Assembly: GCA_013239625.1 (NCBI GenBank)
Contig: MU053365.1
Location: 969,566 to 1,033,565, forward strand
DNA: 64,000 bases
Reading direction: 5' to 3'
DNA from: Lama guanicoe
Lineage: Eukaryota
The notes below the pieces were generated by a model. That model was not told where the DNA came from and ran no database searches. It was given only the letters and a program-made list of their open reading frames with translations. Made by a program: the position numbers and the translations under genes. Shown piece after piece: positions 60,420 to 64,000 of the stretch (positions within the stretch are counted from its first letter, which is position 1; each line of letters opens with the position of its first letter).

Positions 60420-60715
60420 AGGAAGGAACAGAGTTGGGGAATAGAAAGGGCAGTTTACTCAGAGGCTATGGTGTGTGCCAAGGTGGAGGAGCACAAGGAA
60501 GCTTCAGTGTGACTTAGGTTTTGGGGGTTGGAGCTCAGTGTGTGAAGTATGGGAGATGGATGGGGAGGGGTGGTGGAAGTCATCACCAACTAGGAAGGTA
60601 GGGGAAGATGTCAAAGACCTTGAATCCTATACAACGAAGTTTTTCCTCTAGGCCAAGTTTCTCCTCTGGGCCTTTGAAGGTTTATAAGCAAGCAAGTGAT
60701 TTGATCAGATCCAAG
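60420..60715 (-). mobile_element. L2 fragment, degenerate
   Basis: 'gaagatgtcaaagaccttgaatcctatacaacgaagttt...gcctttgaaggtttataagcaagcaagtgatttgatcagat'. Confidence 0.5.
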
Positions 60716-62653
60716 GGGAGGAGAAGGAACCTCTCTGTGGTATGACAATTAAAACTACACCAAACTTTTCTGCAATGCAATATAAAGATATTCAAAAAAC
60801 AAATTTAAATAATTTAAAAGCCCCCAAAGCCTAATGTCTTGGATATGCCATTTAATAACATTAGAGGTAGCTGATAATTATTTATATTGGATACAGTGGG
60901 TTTTTTTAAAAACTGAAAATGTAATCCTCTTTAAATATAAAAAAATATATCATTTAATAAAACAGCTTTGAGAAAGCAGACAATATAAGAACAACAGACA
61001 AGCAAAACTGCCTTTAAGTAGATGAGAGTAAAATTTAATGGGTTATTTTTCTTCCTTTAGCTTCAATATGTTTAGTTAATTACATACATATCTATTTTAA
61101 CACACTAGTGTGTTACTATATCATAACATTTCCATTTCAAACTGAGACTTGCTAGGAGTATGGTTTAGCACTCTACAAAACAACTGCAGATCAACCCATT
61201 CAGGCAAACCCCAAGCCATGCTACTGCTTTCATTGTAACCCAAAGACGCCAGCACTGCAAACTGCTAGGGGATAGAACAATCCAAGTTAAGACCTCAAAG
61301 GGGAGCAAAAAGAGGAGTGCCAGAAATTAAAACACATGTTTCCCAAGAGCCACTGAGTTGTAGAGAGACAGACAGGAACACTTACTTGTCCATGAATACA
61401 GTTCACTTACAAGAGATGGCGCAGGACTGGTCCTAACAGCCCCTGTACTAGGAAATATTCTTGTATGTCATTGGACTATCTTCCTATGTGTAAACTTGAT
61501 GCTGTAACATTTTGACTACCACATATAACCTTTTATTAACATTCAGCAACCTTTGAAAATAATTGCCTTCTCCCAATAAGAAATCTGTTATAAAGCAATC
61601 AGGTTATACAGCTATTTCCCATTCCACTGAAACCCAGAATAATTGTTCTTCATATAATGCACTCATCGTGGGAGCTGGGTGAGGAGCAGGTGACTTTCCT
61701 ACATTGAGTCATAGTAACACTGCGTTAGGTGGCACTCGGGCCAGAAAGGCATTCTGTACTCTTAAAAACACATTCTTCACCATATGTAAAGACCTTAAAT
61801 CATCTGTATCTAAAACAATCGCTTTCTTGAGGAAATACCAACTTTTAATCTAACTCTAGATGAAAGAAGACAGTAGGCAAATCATATTTCTCCGATTTCT
61901 CTTCTAATCAGAATCTTTTTAAAAAGCGTTTTAAAAATTACCCTTATTAACAAAAACCAAAAGTCTGAATGGATGAAAAGGAGGGTTAAGGTGCATCTTC
62001 CCATGGTCCACACTGAGAACATCACATTAGATAATGAACATTGACGTGGGTTTCTCATTCTCGATTTTAAATTAACATGATGTTCTTTCATTAGGCTAGA
62101 AAGTGCCAACATAAATCAAACAAGAAGAGAATCTTTCCCCAAATAATAAGTAAAGAAACATGATAGAGTAGGAAAGCACCAAATTAGCTACAAATTTTCC
62201 ATCTCATTGTTTTCTGTAAAATAAAATTTTATAACGAACATGCTCTGTACAAGCTGTGCCGCTAGGTCTCGCTTCCAAAAACACTCACAGAGCAGTAATA
62301 AAAACCAAGCATGAACTCTAGGACATCTGCTATGGCATTGTTATCAAATGCAATCATTTTGGTCACAAATCTATACTCGCTTCAACTTTTTGTTGAAATA
62401 TTAGTTTGTCTGCAGCATCTCCAATCTGGCACGCGAGGACTGACAGATGCTCTGGTTTTACCTCAGCTTCAACTTACACGGCTTCTCATTATACTAGCTA
62501 TAGCTCGGCAAACCATTCCTCTGTTCTGGAAGGAGGACAAAATGCCATCTGTCTCTGCACGGTTATCAAAACGAATACTGCAGTGTGAAGAAACTCAGCT
62601 CCAAATGGAAGAATGAGGACGAGTTGCACCTTATCCATATCCTATTACAAATT

Positions 62654-62752
62654 ATATATATATATGTATATGTATATGTGTGTGTATGTGTGTACAGATA
62701 TGTATATATACATGTACACATTAGATATACATATTTATACCATATATATATA
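62654..62752. repeat. (TA)/(TG)/(CA) low-complexity alternating tract
   Basis: Direct reading of the sequence. Confidence 0.85.
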
Positions 62753-64000
62753 ATAGTATGGGCTCACCACTCAAGTTTTCCAATTATTCCGTGATATGAA
62801 TATTTCCAAGCAAAAGGCATGTCTCACCTTTCCTAGCTCTATTTGTAAACTGTGCAGTTTACATCATGTGACACTAATTGCTAGCTAGAAGGCAAGAGAG
62901 CTGTGTTCCCCCAGCAAAAGATTCCAAGGTCATTCTGCAACCAAAAGCAGGTGGGAGCCTTACTGTAAAAATTAGACTAGATTTAGAGACAATGGAGAGA
63001 AGGAAAAGAGGAGAAGCCTTTCTAGAAATGGAAGGACAAGTGAATTTCAATACTGTCTATACCCCTGCAGGTCGGGGCGGGGGGTGCAGAGGAGGAGAAG
63101 AAAGAGGAGGAGAGCAGGGATGGAGGTTGATACCACAGAGAACCTAAAAATGATGCTGATGGTTTTGTTAGCCCTGGTAATAGGAGTGTGGCTTGGAAGG
63201 TACTAGTGGTAACTGCAAAGCAGACTCCTTATCTGCAGCAAAATGTGGAACTTGAACTTTCTGTGCGACAGCATGTTTGACTTTGATTCCTATACTTCTG
63301 TAGATTTGAAGCACAGAAATGGAAAAGAACTTTCAACCTGGAGAGGAATTTCATACTTCAGGAAATTCAAGGAGTTCTTTAAAGTCAGTATTTTCTTCTG
63401 CAGAGGCACTGCAGATCAAGACCAATCGTCCTGAGGATCTTGAGATTTGGAGACTCTAACTTAGGGGATATTCAGCCCTTTACTCCTGAACCTTTTGACA
63501 TTTAAAGTTGCCCACTCGGGGCCAACAGTATATTCTCACTAGCTAGCAATTGACAGGTCCCCAAGTCCTCTCGGAGTCCATACGAAGGCCTCGTCATTTT
63601 CAAACTATGTCTTCATCTGAACCCCTAACCCCAGACATCTGTCTAAAAAATTGATGAGGATTAGAAATCAGAATGAATGCGGTTTTTCACTCCAAAGTCA
63701 ATTGGCTTGGATCTGTTTACATAACCTTTTGTTTAATCTACAGTTTATGTGAAATGAGATTCTGAAAGCCTTATATGAAAGCTATCAGTCCAATTCCCAC
63801 AAGGGTCAGTTAACTTTACTCTGTCACATTTCACAGCTGCATGCTGTCCCCACACCCCCGTGAACCATCTGGCAAATGGTGCTGTTGGTCACCACAGGAG
63901 TTAAGGAAAAAATGTGGCCAGATCAGGACAGCCCATCCTCGTGGCTGTGGGACAACGATGGGAAGTCAGAAGGGCCATCTAGATACACACAGGGCTGCCC

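Noticed and set aside
61408..61422. CTCF-like motifs (ACAAGAGATGGCGC here; weaker ones near 10405, 45095, 53070 and 61725)
   Set aside because: Each has two or more mismatches in the 5' half of the CCASYAGRKGGCR consensus; cannot be supported without a PWM scan or ChIP data
62336..62354. Resemblance to the Sox-Oct composite CATTGTTATGCAAAT
   Set aside because: The octamer half is broken (ATCAAAT), so only the SOX and GATA cores were kept
63304..63383. Possible 80-bp plus-strand exon (ttctgtag| ... AAA|gtcagt)
   Set aside because: Reasonable acceptor but weak donor, frame-shifting length and no recognisable peptide; expected by chance in 64 kb
1..64000. CRISPR array, operon, prophage or other novel multi-gene system
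   Set aside because: No regularly spaced repeat-spacer array, no dense long ORFs and no prokaryotic gene structure; the sequence is typical eutherian non-coding DNA

Overview
This is mammalian, non-coding genomic DNA, not prokaryotic. It is most likely camelid (camel, llama or alpaca), based on two tRNA-Ala-type SINEs of the vic-1 kind and a young L1 with a camelid-type 3' UTR. I could not recognise any protein-coding gene, RNA gene or CRISPR array. The longer ORFs in the track are transposon remnants (L1 ORF2, L2, Tigger6) or microsatellite read-through. A large part of the window is interspersed repeats: MIR, L2, L1 of several ages, HAL1/ORF1-like, MLT1 LTRs, and MER5, MER20, MER33, MER46C, MER63B and Tigger6 DNA transposons, many of them nested. 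Between them are repeat-free stretches, some with motif clusters or retained CpGs that may be enhancers, so the window looks like a large intron or intergenic regulatory region. There is one assembly gap of 246 Ns. The most notable directly visible oddities are a 46-bp perfect duplication flanking a short L1 insertion, a 54-bp L1 stub with a clean TSD, an old L1 missing most of ORF2, an 18-bp CpG-rich palindrome in a Z-DNA-prone tract, and dense TF-motif clusters. I found no evidence for a novel multi-gene biological system. Repeat family names come from my recall of consensus sequences, not a database search, and repeat boundaries are approximate unless a TSD or TIR is given.
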